Below are positions 11,320 to 21,571 of a stretch of 64,000 nucleotides of DNA, one piece after another (position 1 is the stretch's first letter; each line of letters begins with the position of its first letter). Position numbers and translations under genes: made by a program. The notes under the pieces are model-generated. The model made no database searches. It had not been told where the DNA came from and saw nothing but the letters and a program-made list of their open reading frames with translations. The stretch spans positions 15,944-79,943 of the forward strand of contig JAPLXP010000014.1 in the NCBI GenBank assembly GCA_026396015.1, given 5' to 3'. Origin of the DNA: Candidatus Nomurabacteria bacterium. GTDB lineage: Bacteria; Patescibacteriota; Minisyncoccia; Phycocordibacterales; UBA9973.

Positions 11320-11443
11320 ATATCTTTCTTTTATATTTCTAATCAATGCAATCGTGCGACGCGACTGCTGTACAATAACTATATCATATTTCTATTTTTG
11401 CACGCAATAAAAAATTCCCCACAACTGTGGAGAATTTTTTATA

Positions 11444-11749
11444 TTAACCTTGTTTGAGTGTCTTGCGTGGTTTTGTTGGAGATTTCTTTGAAAGCACATT
11501 TTTCTTTTTACCTTCGATCAATTTTTGTTTTACCAAGAAATTGTGAACTGTATCTGAAACTTGTGCACCATTACTCATCCAGTGCTTAATGCGGTCTGCC
11601 TTAAACATAACCTCACCACTCTTAACATTGTATGAACCAAGTATTTCCAAAAACTTACCACTTTTTGCTGAATTCTTTGAGTCAGTCAAAAGTACTCGGA
11701 AAGCCGGGTCATTCTTGCGTCCTGTTCTTTGTAGTCTGATTTTTAACAT
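11444..11749 (-). CDS. rpsP: 30S ribosomal protein S16
   Basis: MLKIRLQRTGRKN...GAQVSDTV. Confidence 0.98.
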   Translation of the reverse strand: MLKIRLQRTGRKNDPAFRVLLTDSKNSAKSGKFLEILGSYNVKSGEVMFKADRIKHWMSNGAQVSDTVHNFLVKQKLIEGKKKNVLSKKSPTKPRKTLKQG

Positions 11750-11817
11750 AGGTGCATCTTAACACATATCCCTTTTGGAATCAAGCATCTACCCAAATAC
11801 TATGCTATAATACCCTC

Positions 11818-13761
11818 ATGAAAACACAGACTCCTAAAAAAGACCCAAAAACACCTATTTCACGCAATGCTGAGGGTATTATATCTATATCACACAAAGG
11901 TTACGGTACTATCAACAAAGGCCGTGACAATGAAGTTGAAATAGATCACGCTTTTCTTCATACAGCACTCCATGGAGACACAGTAAAGGTACTAATCCAC
12001 CCAAAAGCAAAAGATGAAGTTCAAAAAGGTGAAGTCGTAGAGATCCTCCGTCACAGCAAACACGGTTTTGCAGGAATTCTAGAAAAAGAACACGATACAT
12101 ATTTTCTAATCCCGAGTGATTTGAAGATGTATGCTGATATTATAATCCCCTCTGATAAATTAAATGGTGCCCAAATCGGACAAAAGATATTCGTAGTCAT
12201 TACAGAATGGAAAGATTCTAAAAAAGCACCAGTTGGTGAAGTAAGAAAAGTTCTAGGTATGCCGATGGAGCATAATGCAGAGATGGAGGCCATCGCACTG
12301 GAAAAAGGATTCGATGCACACTTCCCTAGCGATGTTGAAGCTGAAGCAAAAGCAATCTCAGCACGTGGAATAACAGAAAAAGATTTTGATGGACGCCGTG
12401 ATATGCGTGGTGTGTCTACTTTTACTATCGACCCATTCGATGCCAAGGATTACGATGATGCATTATCATTCGCGACTCTTTCAAATGGTAATTACGAAAT
12501 AGGCATACACATCGCAGATGTATCACACTATGTGAAGATCGGTACAGCCCTCGATGACGAGGCACACACTCGTGGTACTTCTGTATATTTAGTAGATAGG
12601 ACAATACCGATGCTACCAGAGGAACTCTCAAATGACCTATGTAGTCTCAAAGAAGGTGTAGATCGTCTAACTTTTTCATCTATTTTTGAACTCGATGATA
12701 ATGGTCAAGTACACAATGAATGGTTCGGCCGCACTGTCATACATTCAGATAAGAGATTTACATATGAAAATGCTCAAGAAATAATAACTGCAAAAACTGG
12801 CCTATTCTTCAACGAATTAAATATACTGAACAATATCGCAAAGAAATTGACCAAACAAAGATTCAAGGATGGCGCAATATCACTAGAACAAGATGAAGTA
12901 AAATTCAAACTTGACCCCAATGGTGTTCCCCTTTCTGTATATACAAAAGAAAGACAGGATACAAATAAAATGATTGAAGAATTCATGCTATTGGCAAACC
13001 GCCGCGTAGCAGAGGTGATGTCCAGCAAGAAGCAAGGCGAGAAGAATATCGTCATGTATCGTATTCACGATACTCCAAACAAGGAGCGCATGCAGGATTT
13101 AGCCTTCTTCCTCAAAAAGCTTGGTTACAATGTGACATTAAAGGACGGTATCATCCCAGCAAATGAGATCAACAATCTCGTAGGTCAACTCGAGCATAGC
13201 CCCCTTCGTGATACAGTACACACAGCGATAATCCGCACAATGGCAAAGGCTATATACTCTACAAAGAATATCGGGCACTGGGGTCTAGGATTCAAATACT
13301 ATACACACTTCACCTCACCTATCCGTAGATATCCTGATATCATCGTACATCGAATGCTCGCAGACTTTCTGGTAAATAAAATAATTCCAAAAGAAAAATT
13401 CTTTGAATATGAAAAGATGGGAAGTGAAGCTAGTAGCCGTGAAAAGGAGGCCGCAGATGCAGAGCGCTCAAGTATCAAATACAAACAAGTAGAATACATG
13501 TCTACTCGTATTGGTCAGAGCTTTACAGGTATCATTACAGGAGTCACAGAGTGGGGCCTATATGTAGAGGAAAAGTCTACAAAATGTGAAGGTATGGTCC
13601 GTATGCGTGAACTAAAAGACGACTATTATACTTTTGATAAAAAGAGAATGAGTATCAGCGGAAAAAAGACTCACAAAAAATACACACTAGGCGACACAGT
13701 TCAATTCAAAGTCACAAGCGCTGACATGAACAAAAAGACTATTGATTACATAATAATTTAA
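11818..13761 (+). CDS. rnr: ribonuclease R
   Basis: FTIDP.DAKDYDDALS, HFTSPIRRYPD, C-terminal S1 domain. ATG 11818 follows TGCTATAAT. Confidence 0.96.
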   Translation: MKTQTPKKDPKTPISRNAEGIISISHKGYGTINKGRDNEVEIDHAFLHTALHGDTVKVLIHPKAKDEVQKGEVVEILRHSKHGFAGILEKEHDTYFLIPSDLKMYADIIIPSDKLNGAQIGQKIFVVITEWKDSKKAPVGEVRKVLGMPMEHNAEMEAIALEKGFDAHFPSDVEAEAKAISARGITEKDFDGRRDMRGVSTFTIDPFDAKDYDDALSFATLSNGNYEIGIHIADVSHYVKIGTALDDEAHTRGTSVYLVDRTIPMLPEELSNDLCSLKEGVDRLTFSSIFELDDNGQVHNEWFGRTVIHSDKRFTYENAQEIITAKTGLFFNELNILNNIAKKLTKQRFKDGAISLEQDEVKFKLDPNGVPLSVYTKERQDTNKMIEEFMLLANRRVAEVMSSKKQGEKNIVMYRIHDTPNKERMQDLAFFLKKLGYNVTLKDGIIPANEINNLVGQLEHSPLRDTVHTAIIRTMAKAIYSTKNIGHWGLGFKYYTHFTSPIRRYPDIIVHRMLADFLVNKIIPKEKFFEYEKMGSEASSREKEAADAERSSIKYKQVEYMSTRIGQSFTGIITGVTEWGLYVEEKSTKCEGMVRMRELKDDYYTFDKKRMSISGKKTHKKYTLGDTVQFKVTSADMNKKTIDYIII

Positions 13762-13765
13762 AAAC

Positions 13766-14587
13766 ATGAAGCCAATCATAATAAAAAGAAAATATAAAAA
13801 TCCAATTATAGCAATCATAATATTGATTATTATAATTAGTATTACATATGTTGTATTTGCATACAGAAAAGCAGAAGCACCAAAAATACCAGAGATAAAA
13901 AATGAAGTTAAAAGTGATATTCAGAAATCCGCAACAGAGAGCAAGGAAAATACTAACAATAAAAATATTGGTACATATAAAATAACAAAAGATTTTAAAG
14001 TAATACCAACAGATAAAAATGCTGACAAGAAAGTAGTACTGCTAACTATCGATGACGGTCCTAGCTCACAATCATCTGATATTGTGAAGACTCTGACAGA
14101 TGCAAACATCCATGCTATATTTTTTATCAATGGCACAAATATAAAAGCTCACCCAGATGCACTTAAACAAGAATTTGCTGCTGGAAATATGATAGGCAAC
14201 CATACTTGGGATCATAAGAATTTACATCTTATAAAAGACGAAACAGCAAAAAAGGAAATTGATATGAACACAGATATCATAGTAAAAGAAACTGGAGTAA
14301 AGCCAATATTCTTTCGTTCACCATTTGGAGCTCTGACGACTTTTGCAAAAGATTACACTGAGAAAGAAGGAATGTTCCCATTCAATTGGTCTGATGCTGC
14401 ACTGGACTGGGAAAAGAACACAAAAGATAAAAAAGTATTTATCGCCAATGTTATCAAAGGTATCGGCCCAGGATCAATAATCTTGATGCACGAGCACCCA
14501 TGGTCACGAGATGCCCTCCCTGATCTAATCAAAGAAATAAAATCAAAAGGATATACATTCGTAGATCCAAAAGATATAGTTAAATAA
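13766..14587 (+). CDS. membrane-anchored polysaccharide/peptidoglycan deacetylase (CE4/NodB)
   Basis: N-terminal TM helix, LTIDDGP, NHTWDH, FRSPFG, LMHE motifs. Confidence 0.92.
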   Translation: MKPIIIKRKYKNPIIAIIILIIIISITYVVFAYRKAEAPKIPEIKNEVKSDIQKSATESKENTNNKNIGTYKITKDFKVIPTDKNADKKVVLLTIDDGPSSQSSDIVKTLTDANIHAIFFINGTNIKAHPDALKQEFAAGNMIGNHTWDHKNLHLIKDETAKKEIDMNTDIIVKETGVKPIFFRSPFGALTTFAKDYTEKEGMFPFNWSDAALDWEKNTKDKKVFIANVIKGIGPGSIILMHEHPWSRDALPDLIKEIKSKGYTFVDPKDIVK

Positions 14588-14628
14588 ATAAAATACCTCA
14601 CAATATTTGTGAGGTATTTTATTTATTT
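14582..14628. terminator. bidirectional intrinsic terminator
   Basis: aaaatacctcaca-atatt-tgtgaggtatttt between convergent genes. Confidence 0.8.
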
Positions 14629-16887
14629 TGCGTAAACTTCTGCGTCGTCGAGTTTGATAGAAAGGAGTTTGGAGGCACCAAGAGCGTCCATAGTCACACC
14701 GTAGAGGACCTGTGCTCGAGACATAGTCTCGCGATTGTGAGTCACCACGATCAGCTGTGAACACTTGGATAAATTCTCAATCATGTTTCCATACTTGCGA
14801 GAGTTTGCTTCGTCCAATGCTGCATCAGTCTCGTCGAGGACTAGGAATGGCGGAGGATTGACCTGTGATATAGCAAATAGCAATGCGATAGATGTCAGTG
14901 ATCTTTCTCCACCCGAGAGCATATGTAGGTCTTTGACTTTCTTTTGAGGTAGAGTCACATTGATCTCTATCCCCCTTTCAAATCCAAGCTCTGTATCCTC
15001 TTCGGCTTCAGGATCTACTTCTTCTAGTTCATCTTTCTTGCGACTCTTCTTGTGCTCCATAGTCACAGATAGGAATGCAGATCCACCACCGAACATTAGA
15101 GAAAAGAATTCTTGGAATTGCTTATTAATCTTCTCTACCCCACGTTTAAATTCAGTATCTAGAGTATCCTTGAGATCTACTATCAAAGTACGGAGTGATT
15201 CAATGCTCTTTTGCAGATCAACCAATTCTTTTTCTAGGAACTGATCTCGTTCACGAGTATCTTCATATTCTTTTATAAGATCTCCACCACCAAGAGCCCC
15301 AGAGTCTTCTAATTTGATTTTAATACGCTCTATCTTGCGGCGAGCTTCGTCCTGAGAGCTGCGAGATACACTTGCACCATCTACATCCATTCGTACGTAT
15401 TCTAGGACCTCACGGCCGATAATAACAGATGCCTCGGATACTTCTGATTCAAATGCATTCTTGATATTTGTGAGTTTTTCTTCTTCGAATACTAGGCCAT
15501 GCATATTTGATACGAGTGTATTCTTTTCAGCTAGGAGTTCATACAGCACTCTCTCACTATCACGATTTGCATTTTGGCTTTGCTTTTCTGCATCACGAAT
15601 AGAATTTATAGCTGCAATTATCTCACCCTCTTCCTTGCTCATATTTTCTATATCTAGGTTGATACTCTCGCGTACTGATTCGAGTTCAATATATTCGCGC
15701 TTTAATTCTTCTTTGACTGAATTTGCTTCTTCTTTGTTTGAAGTCACACGAACAGAAGCCAACCGATTGCGAATACGAGCAAAGATATCCTTTAGCACAC
15801 CGAGATCTTCTGTATTGTCAGATTCAGAAAGGAATGATTCTAAATCATTTGCAAATCCTTGCCATGCTTCTTTTGAGATAATATCAACGCGCACTTCTGG
15901 AACTTTATTGATAGATCGCATGATACTATCGATGGACCCTTCGATGCGTCCGAGCTTGCGAGATAATTCGTCCTTCTTGCGACGTAGTTCCACAAGGAAA
16001 GATTCCCGGTCTCTGAGATCTTCTTTATAACTCTCATCATTTTGAATTTGATTCTTATTACTTTCCACAGCTGAAATACGGCCCTCGATATTCACAATAG
16101 CTTCATCCAGTGTTCGTCTCTTGTGTATTAGCCTATGAGATTCTGCTTTTGTATATGCGGATTCTCGAGATAAATAATCTCGATAGAGTACCCCCAATTC
16201 TTCTCGCATCTCACGAGCTTTTTCTAGCTTTTCAACTTGCTTCTTCAAAAAAGTAAGATGAGGAATGACTTCACGTCTCTGAGCTTGAACCTCTTTCATA
16301 TTCAAAACTGTCTTTTCTAGTTTGCGATCTGTCTCCTTGATTCTGAATTGATACACCTTCAGTCCGAGGGCATCCTCGATCATTCCACGTCGATCTTTAC
16401 TACTCGCATTGAGCACTCGATCTGCCTCACCTTGGGATATGATATGGTGACCTGAGCTACCGATATTCACAGATGCAAGTAAATCATTCACATCCTTTAG
16501 GCGTACTTCTGTACCATTGATACTGTACTTATTGGCACCATCTGCAAAGACTTCACGGGATACTGTAATCTCGTCGTAGTCTAGAGATACTCCGAGCCCA
16601 GAATTTGTAAAAGAAAATATTTTATTTTTATTATCAAAAGTAATAGATACAGATGCACGATTCGCAGCTGATAGAGATTTTGATCCCTTGTATATCAAAT
16701 CCACTCCACCTTTCCCGCGGAGAGATTTCATAGACTGCTCGCCGAGAACGAAACGAATTGCTTCGACGATATTTGATTTTCCAGATCCATTTGGACCTAC
16801 GATAGCAGTAACAGGCGTCGTATAATGTACAACGCTCTTTTTACCAAATGATTTAAAAGACGAAAGCTCTAGAGCTTTTAATGTCAT
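14623..16887 (-). CDS. smc: SMC family chromosome segregation ATPase (short, 754 aa)
   Basis: GPNGSGKS Walker A, SQG Q-loop, LSGGE signature, LDETDAALD Walker B/D-loop, coiled coils. Follows rnc. Confidence 0.9.
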   Translation of the reverse strand: MTLKALELSSFKSFGKKSVVHYTTPVTAIVGPNGSGKSNIVEAIRFVLGEQSMKSLRGKGGVDLIYKGSKSLSAANRASVSITFDNKNKIFSFTNSGLGVSLDYDEITVSREVFADGANKYSINGTEVRLKDVNDLLASVNIGSSGHHIISQGEADRVLNASSKDRRGMIEDALGLKVYQFRIKETDRKLEKTVLNMKEVQAQRREVIPHLTFLKKQVEKLEKAREMREELGVLYRDYLSRESAYTKAESHRLIHKRRTLDEAIVNIEGRISAVESNKNQIQNDESYKEDLRDRESFLVELRRKKDELSRKLGRIEGSIDSIMRSINKVPEVRVDIISKEAWQGFANDLESFLSESDNTEDLGVLKDIFARIRNRLASVRVTSNKEEANSVKEELKREYIELESVRESINLDIENMSKEEGEIIAAINSIRDAEKQSQNANRDSERVLYELLAEKNTLVSNMHGLVFEEEKLTNIKNAFESEVSEASVIIGREVLEYVRMDVDGASVSRSSQDEARRKIERIKIKLEDSGALGGGDLIKEYEDTRERDQFLEKELVDLQKSIESLRTLIVDLKDTLDTEFKRGVEKINKQFQEFFSLMFGGGSAFLSVTMEHKKSRKKDELEEVDPEAEEDTELGFERGIEINVTLPQKKVKDLHMLSGGERSLTSIALLFAISQVNPPPFLVLDETDAALDEANSRKYGNMIENLSKCSQLIVVTHNRETMSRAQVLYGVTMDALGASKLLSIKLDDAEVYAK

Positions 16888-16890
16888 AAA

Positions 16891-17586
16891 TTAATCCAAC
16901 CACTTCTTAGCTTCTAATGCATTGCGGGCTGCTGATTGTTCAGCTTCTTGTTTACTCTTACCTTTACCCAATGCAATGCGATCATCACCAAAGAAAATAG
17001 CGATAGTGAAATGTTTATCATGATCAGGACCAGACTCGCTGACTACCTTGTAAGACGGAGTCACACCTACGTGCTCTTGAGATTTTTCTTGAACTAGACT
17101 CTTTGCATCTCTCCACAACTTCTTGGCTACGATCTCATCTATTTTACCAAATAAAGTACGAGCAATAAAATCCTCGGCCACGTCATAACCACGATCAAGA
17201 TATACAGCACCTACGTATGCCTCGTATGTATTGGCTAGGATATAACTACGAGCTTTACCCATATCTTTTGATTCACCTTTTGAGAGGAGCAGGTAGTTGT
17301 TCATACCGAGCTCACCAGCCACCTCACCTATGATCACAGCATTCACTAATGCTGATCTATATGCCGTTAGCTCACCTTCGTCACATTTTGGATATTTACG
17401 ATAAAGATAATTTGTGACTGCGAGTTCAAGAACTGCATCACCCAAAAATTCTAGACGCTCATTGTGAGACAATCTAGATCCTGAGTTTTCATTTATATAG
17501 GATCGATGAATAAAAGCTTGTTCTAAAAGTTTTTTATCATCAAAGATAATTCCTATATCTTTTTCAAATTTTGTAAAATCAATCAT
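16891..17586 (-). CDS. rnc: ribonuclease III
   Basis: HNERLEFLGDAVL signature plus dsRBD. Confidence 0.98.
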   Translation of the reverse strand: MIDFTKFEKDIGIIFDDKKLLEQAFIHRSYINENSGSRLSHNERLEFLGDAVLELAVTNYLYRKYPKCDEGELTAYRSALVNAVIIGEVAGELGMNNYLLLSKGESKDMGKARSYILANTYEAYVGAVYLDRGYDVAEDFIARTLFGKIDEIVAKKLWRDAKSLVQEKSQEHVGVTPSYKVVSESGPDHDKHFTIAIFFGDDRIALGKGKSKQEAEQSAARNALEAKKWLD

Positions 17587-17590
17587 TAGA

Positions 17591-17660
17591 TTAGTTTCTA
17601 GGTTCTAGTGACTAGGTACTAGTATATTTTCTTTACTAGAAGCTAGTCACTAGAACCTAA
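17591..17660. repeat. inverted pair of period-7 CTAG heptamer arrays
   Basis: ttag-tttctag-gttctag-tgactag-gtactag ... ctagaag-ctagtca-ctagaac-ctaa. Confidence 0.85.
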
Positions 17661-18562
17661 TTCTTTGTTAATATTTCAATAGCTTTTGTGAGAAGCGGAA
17701 TCATATTTTCATAAATACGTAGTCCTGCTATCTCCTCGATTGGGAACCATTGCGCCCCATCGAGACCTCCTGTACCCTTTTCAAGTGTGATTTCTGTATA
17801 TTCTGATTCACCGAGAAAGAATACAACTTGCTTACGAATCTTTCCTTTTTCTGGGTGATTTGCTATGTATTCGTTGCGTCCAAGGATTTCCTTAATTTTA
17901 ATATCAAGATCCATTTCTTCTTTTATCTCACGAATAGCACCTTGTTCTTCATTCTCTCCATCTTCAATACTACCCTTGGATAATGTCCAGTATCCAAACA
18001 CATCATGAACAAAAGCAAAATACAATTTGCCATCATGATTTGAATAAACTACAGCTCCAGCTTTCTTTTCAATTGGGAATTTTGCAGGGTCAGTCTCAGT
18101 GAATTTTGGATTCTTCTTTTTGCTGACATCATCTTTGCCTGGCTCACCGATCTCCTTGTACACACCACCGAGGACTCCGTTTATAAACTTACTTGAATTC
18201 TCTCCACCAAAACTTTTAGCAAGTTCGATAGACTCATTTATAGCTACCTTTGGAGGAACCTGTGTTCTATCACCAAAAAGAAGCTCGTAGAGCCCCATAC
18301 GTAGAATATTACGATCAACTATAGATATCTTTTCAATTGGCCAATCAGGAGCAGCTTTTTCAATAATCTCATCGATTATAGCCTTCTTTTTTACGACACC
18401 GTTAAAAATCTCTTCTATGAAAGAGTTATCATCGAGGCCTGGACCAAATTCCTCTATATTGCGATCAAGCATAACAGTAGGAGATTCATCCTTATTCACA
18501 CCGAAATCCCACTCAAAGAGTGTTTGTAGAACAATTGAACGTGAAAGGTGCCTGTTTGCCAT
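17657..18562 (-). CDS. nusB: transcription antitermination factor NusB fused to a C-terminal NUDIX hydrolase domain
   Basis: MANRHLSR...VAINESIELAKSFG..SSKFINGVLG, then Nudix box GSIEDGENEEQGAIREIKEEMDL. Confidence 0.93.
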   Translation of the reverse strand: MANRHLSRSIVLQTLFEWDFGVNKDESPTVMLDRNIEEFGPGLDDNSFIEEIFNGVVKKKAIIDEIIEKAAPDWPIEKISIVDRNILRMGLYELLFGDRTQVPPKVAINESIELAKSFGGENSSKFINGVLGGVYKEIGEPGKDDVSKKKNPKFTETDPAKFPIEKKAGAVVYSNHDGKLYFAFVHDVFGYWTLSKGSIEDGENEEQGAIREIKEEMDLDIKIKEILGRNEYIANHPEKGKIRKQVVFFLGESEYTEITLEKGTGGLDGAQWFPIEEIAGLRIYENMIPLLTKAIEILTKN

Positions 18563-18643
18563 AATTTTAGCTTTTTGAAAGCTTAAAGCTTTAGGCGTTA
18601 ATATAGTTTTTTAAACCTATATTAATGCGCCAAAACTCAAAGC

Positions 18644-18856
18644 TTACTTTGACTTTGTTTTTGTTGCTTTTTTTGTAACTTTCTTCACCACATCGAGAAC
18701 TTTTCTACCACGATACATGCCGCAGTTCTTGCAAACTGAGTGAGTCTCTTTTGGAGCCTGACAATTTGAACAAGCACCAAAAACTGTGCCTTTCAAAGCA
18801 TGATGTGAGCGTCGATTCCCTGTATGAGAACGTGTATGTCGCATTCGTACTACCAT
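18644..18856 (-). CDS. rpmF: 50S ribosomal protein L32
   Basis: RRSH...CSNC...HSVCKNCGMYRGR. Start ATG 18856. Confidence 0.96.
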   Translation of the reverse strand: MVVRMRHTRSHTGNRRSHHALKGTVFGACSNCQAPKETHSVCKNCGMYRGRKVLDVVKKVTKKATKTKSK

Positions 18857-18893
18857 AAATACAAGTATACTGATTTTTACATAAAATGCAAAT

Positions 18894-18927
18894 AAAAAGC
18901 CACTCATTCAGAATGAGTGGCTTTTTT
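18894..18927. terminator. intrinsic terminator
   Basis: aaaaagccactcattc-a-gaatgagtggctttttt. Confidence 0.75.
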
Positions 18928-18941
18928 GTTTTTGCGACAAA

Positions 18942-19709
18942 TCAACGGCTTGCCTTGATATTTTTTTTCAAAAAATTAAATTTTTTGGGGTTTGATTCAA
19001 TAACAAACCTCAGTCCTTTTTCAAAATTATTTGAATGACCGTTATATAGTGATGCTCCGGTGCATTCACTAATTTCTTCAGAATAAGACCTGATAATTTT
19101 AGGATCAGGAGACCCAATAAAAGAACTAGGTGCATCTATGTCCATAGAAACAAAGTTCAATTTAAAATGACATGCAACTTCTGAGACTGACAATAAAGAT
19201 ACTATTCCGACCCTTGTTGCATCAATTTCCTCTTTTAATTCCCTTTTAACTGAATTAATCTGAGTTTCTTCGATTAAACGCAAAAAAAGATCCTCACTTT
19301 TATTTTTAAAAGTATCTTGGACTTTTTTGAATAAATTAGCAGTAAACTCATTAAAAATAGGATTTGCTGTTGCAAAATCTGTGATGCCATTAGAGTCCGA
19401 TACATACTGACGATTAAGTACATCAATCTCCATGTAGAGATATTCCAAAGAATGATCTCTATGGCCTGAAGATGTAAAACATTGTACCATATTGTCTATG
19501 GCTTTAAGCAAATCCTCACCAATAAATTTACCTCCAGGAATTCTTTTTTGAATTTCAAATTTGGAAAATTTATAATCTACTAACCAAACTCTTGGCGTCT
19601 CTCTTAGATCAAAAGACACGCAATTTACTGCGTAATTAAAAGTGTTAGGATTCTGAAAAACAGAATTCAAACCAGAGCCCGAGCGGGTCCCAATATCATT
19701 TTTTTTCAT
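18942..19709 (-). CDS. hypothetical protein
   Basis: 255-aa ORF with an upstream TTGACT-N17-TATAAT promoter (about 19734-19762). No recognisable motif. Confidence 0.7.
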   Translation of the reverse strand: MKKNDIGTRSGSGLNSVFQNPNTFNYAVNCVSFDLRETPRVWLVDYKFSKFEIQKRIPGGKFIGEDLLKAIDNMVQCFTSSGHRDHSLEYLYMEIDVLNRQYVSDSNGITDFATANPIFNEFTANLFKKVQDTFKNKSEDLFLRLIEETQINSVKRELKEEIDATRVGIVSLLSVSEVACHFKLNFVSMDIDAPSSFIGSPDPKIIRSYSEEISECTGASLYNGHSNNFEKGLRFVIESNPKKFNFLKKNIKASR

Positions 19710-19811
19710 ATTTAATGTTTTAAATTTAAAAGTATTATATCACAACAGCATAATAAAGTCAATAATATAAAAGTCTTACAATGTAAAGTTTTTATGATAT
19801 AGTAAAAAGAT

Positions 19812-21557
19812 ATGGAAAATACAGAAAAATTACAAAATATCCGCCATACATTGGCTCACCTTTTAGCGCAAGCTGTAAAAAAAAATTATCCAAATGTTCA
19901 ACTAACCCTCGGTCCTGCCGTTGATAATGGATTCTACTATGACATAGATTTTGGCACAGATAAATTAAGTGATGAGGATTTATCTAAAATCCAAGCTACA
20001 ATGCTCGAGAATATCCCCTCTTGGACAACTTTCACACATGAGGAAGTATCAAAAGAAAAAGCTCTAGAAATTTTTGCTGGCAATGTATACAAAGCAGAGT
20101 TGATAAATGAGATAGCAGATCGTGGTGAAGTAATCACACTATACACATGTGGTGGATTCACAGACCTTTGTCGAGGTGGACATGCAGAAAATCCTGCAGC
20201 AGAAATACCAGCAGATTCATTCAAGCTCGACCGTGTAGCTGGTGCATACTGGCGTGGGAGTGAGTTGAATAAAATGCTCACTCGTATTTATGGACTAGCA
20301 TTTGAAAATAAAGAAGAATTAGAAAAATACATTTGGCAATTAGAAGAAGCAAAAAAGAGAGACCACAGAAAGATTGGTAAGGAGATGGGATTATTCGTAT
20401 TCTCAGAGCTCGTAGGACCTGGACTACCACTATGGACTCCAAAAGGTACAATCATCCGTGAATTGCTAAATGACTATGTCTGGGAACTCCGTAAAAAACA
20501 TGGATACCAAAAAGTCACAATTCCACATATTACAAAAAAGGAGTTATACGAGACCTCAGGACACTGGGCAAAATACGCCGACGACCTATTCAAGATAAAT
20601 ACTCGTGAGAATCATACCTTTGCGATGAAGCCTATGAATTGCCCACACCATACTCAAATATTCGACTGTGAGCCTCGTAGCTATCGTGATATGCCACAGA
20701 GATACTGTGAGACTACAATGGTATACAGAGATGAACAATCTGGAGAGCTTTCAGGATTATCTCGTGTACTCTCTATCACTCAGGATGATGCACATGTATT
20801 CTGCCGTGAGAATCAAATAGAGGCAGAAGCTATTGTCATCTGGGATATCATCGAGACATTCTATAAAACATTTGGTTTTGATTTAAAAGTTCGCTTTTCA
20901 AAACACGACCCTGCTACACCTGAAAAATATCTAGGAAGTCCAGAAACTTGGGCAAAAGCAGAAGGTGCACTCCAGAGTCTAATGGAGAAAAAAGGAGTAG
21001 AGTGGATAGATGGTACAGGTGAAGCTGCATTCTACGGACCAAAGATCGACTTTATATCTCATGACTCCATCGGCCGTGTACTACAGGTTGCTACAATTCA
21101 ATTAGATTTTAACCAGCCAAAAAACTTTGGATTAACATTTACAAATGAAAAGGGTGAGAAGGAGCAAGTAGTCATGATTCACTGTGCAATCATGGGATCA
21201 ATAGAGAGATTCATGTCTACACTCATCGAGCATCTCGCTGGTGTATTCCCTATCTGGCTATCACCTACACAGATATCTGTAATACCTGTAAAAGAAAACC
21301 ATGAAGAAGATACAATAAAAATAATAGAGGCATTGAATAATGAATCTATCCGTACAAATCATGTGACAAATGGTGACAGCCTAGGCAAAAGAATTCATGC
21401 AGGTAAAAAAGGAAATACTCCATATGTAATAGTCTATGGAGACAAAGAAAAGGAATCCGGAATGCTGACTATCGAGACTCGTACTGGAGAAAAAATTCAA
21501 ATAACCATCGAAGCATTAATAGAAAAAATAAATACAGAAATTAAAAACCGCTCATAG
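19812..21557 (+). CDS. thrS: threonine--tRNA ligase (lacks N-terminal TGS domain)
   Basis: HTLAHLLA editing motif, RDHRKIG, KPMNCPHH, GEAAFYGPKID. Confidence 0.98.
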   Translation: MENTEKLQNIRHTLAHLLAQAVKKNYPNVQLTLGPAVDNGFYYDIDFGTDKLSDEDLSKIQATMLENIPSWTTFTHEEVSKEKALEIFAGNVYKAELINEIADRGEVITLYTCGGFTDLCRGGHAENPAAEIPADSFKLDRVAGAYWRGSELNKMLTRIYGLAFENKEELEKYIWQLEEAKKRDHRKIGKEMGLFVFSELVGPGLPLWTPKGTIIRELLNDYVWELRKKHGYQKVTIPHITKKELYETSGHWAKYADDLFKINTRENHTFAMKPMNCPHHTQIFDCEPRSYRDMPQRYCETTMVYRDEQSGELSGLSRVLSITQDDAHVFCRENQIEAEAIVIWDIIETFYKTFGFDLKVRFSKHDPATPEKYLGSPETWAKAEGALQSLMEKKGVEWIDGTGEAAFYGPKIDFISHDSIGRVLQVATIQLDFNQPKNFGLTFTNEKGEKEQVVMIHCAIMGSIERFMSTLIEHLAGVFPIWLSPTQISVIPVKENHEEDTIKIIEALNNESIRTNHVTNGDSLGKRIHAGKKGNTPYVIVYGDKEKESGMLTIETRTGEKIQITIEALIEKINTEIKNRS

Positions 21558-21569
21558 AGCGGTTTTTAA
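21541..21569. terminator. bidirectional terminator
   Basis: aaaaaccgctc-ata-gagcggttttt between convergent thrS and pilin. Confidence 0.8.
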
Positions 21570-21571
21570 TT

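Noticed and set aside
18942-19709. Alternative genetic code (UGA=Gly)
   Set aside because: Core genes translate fully with the standard code, and this ORF appears to end at TGA
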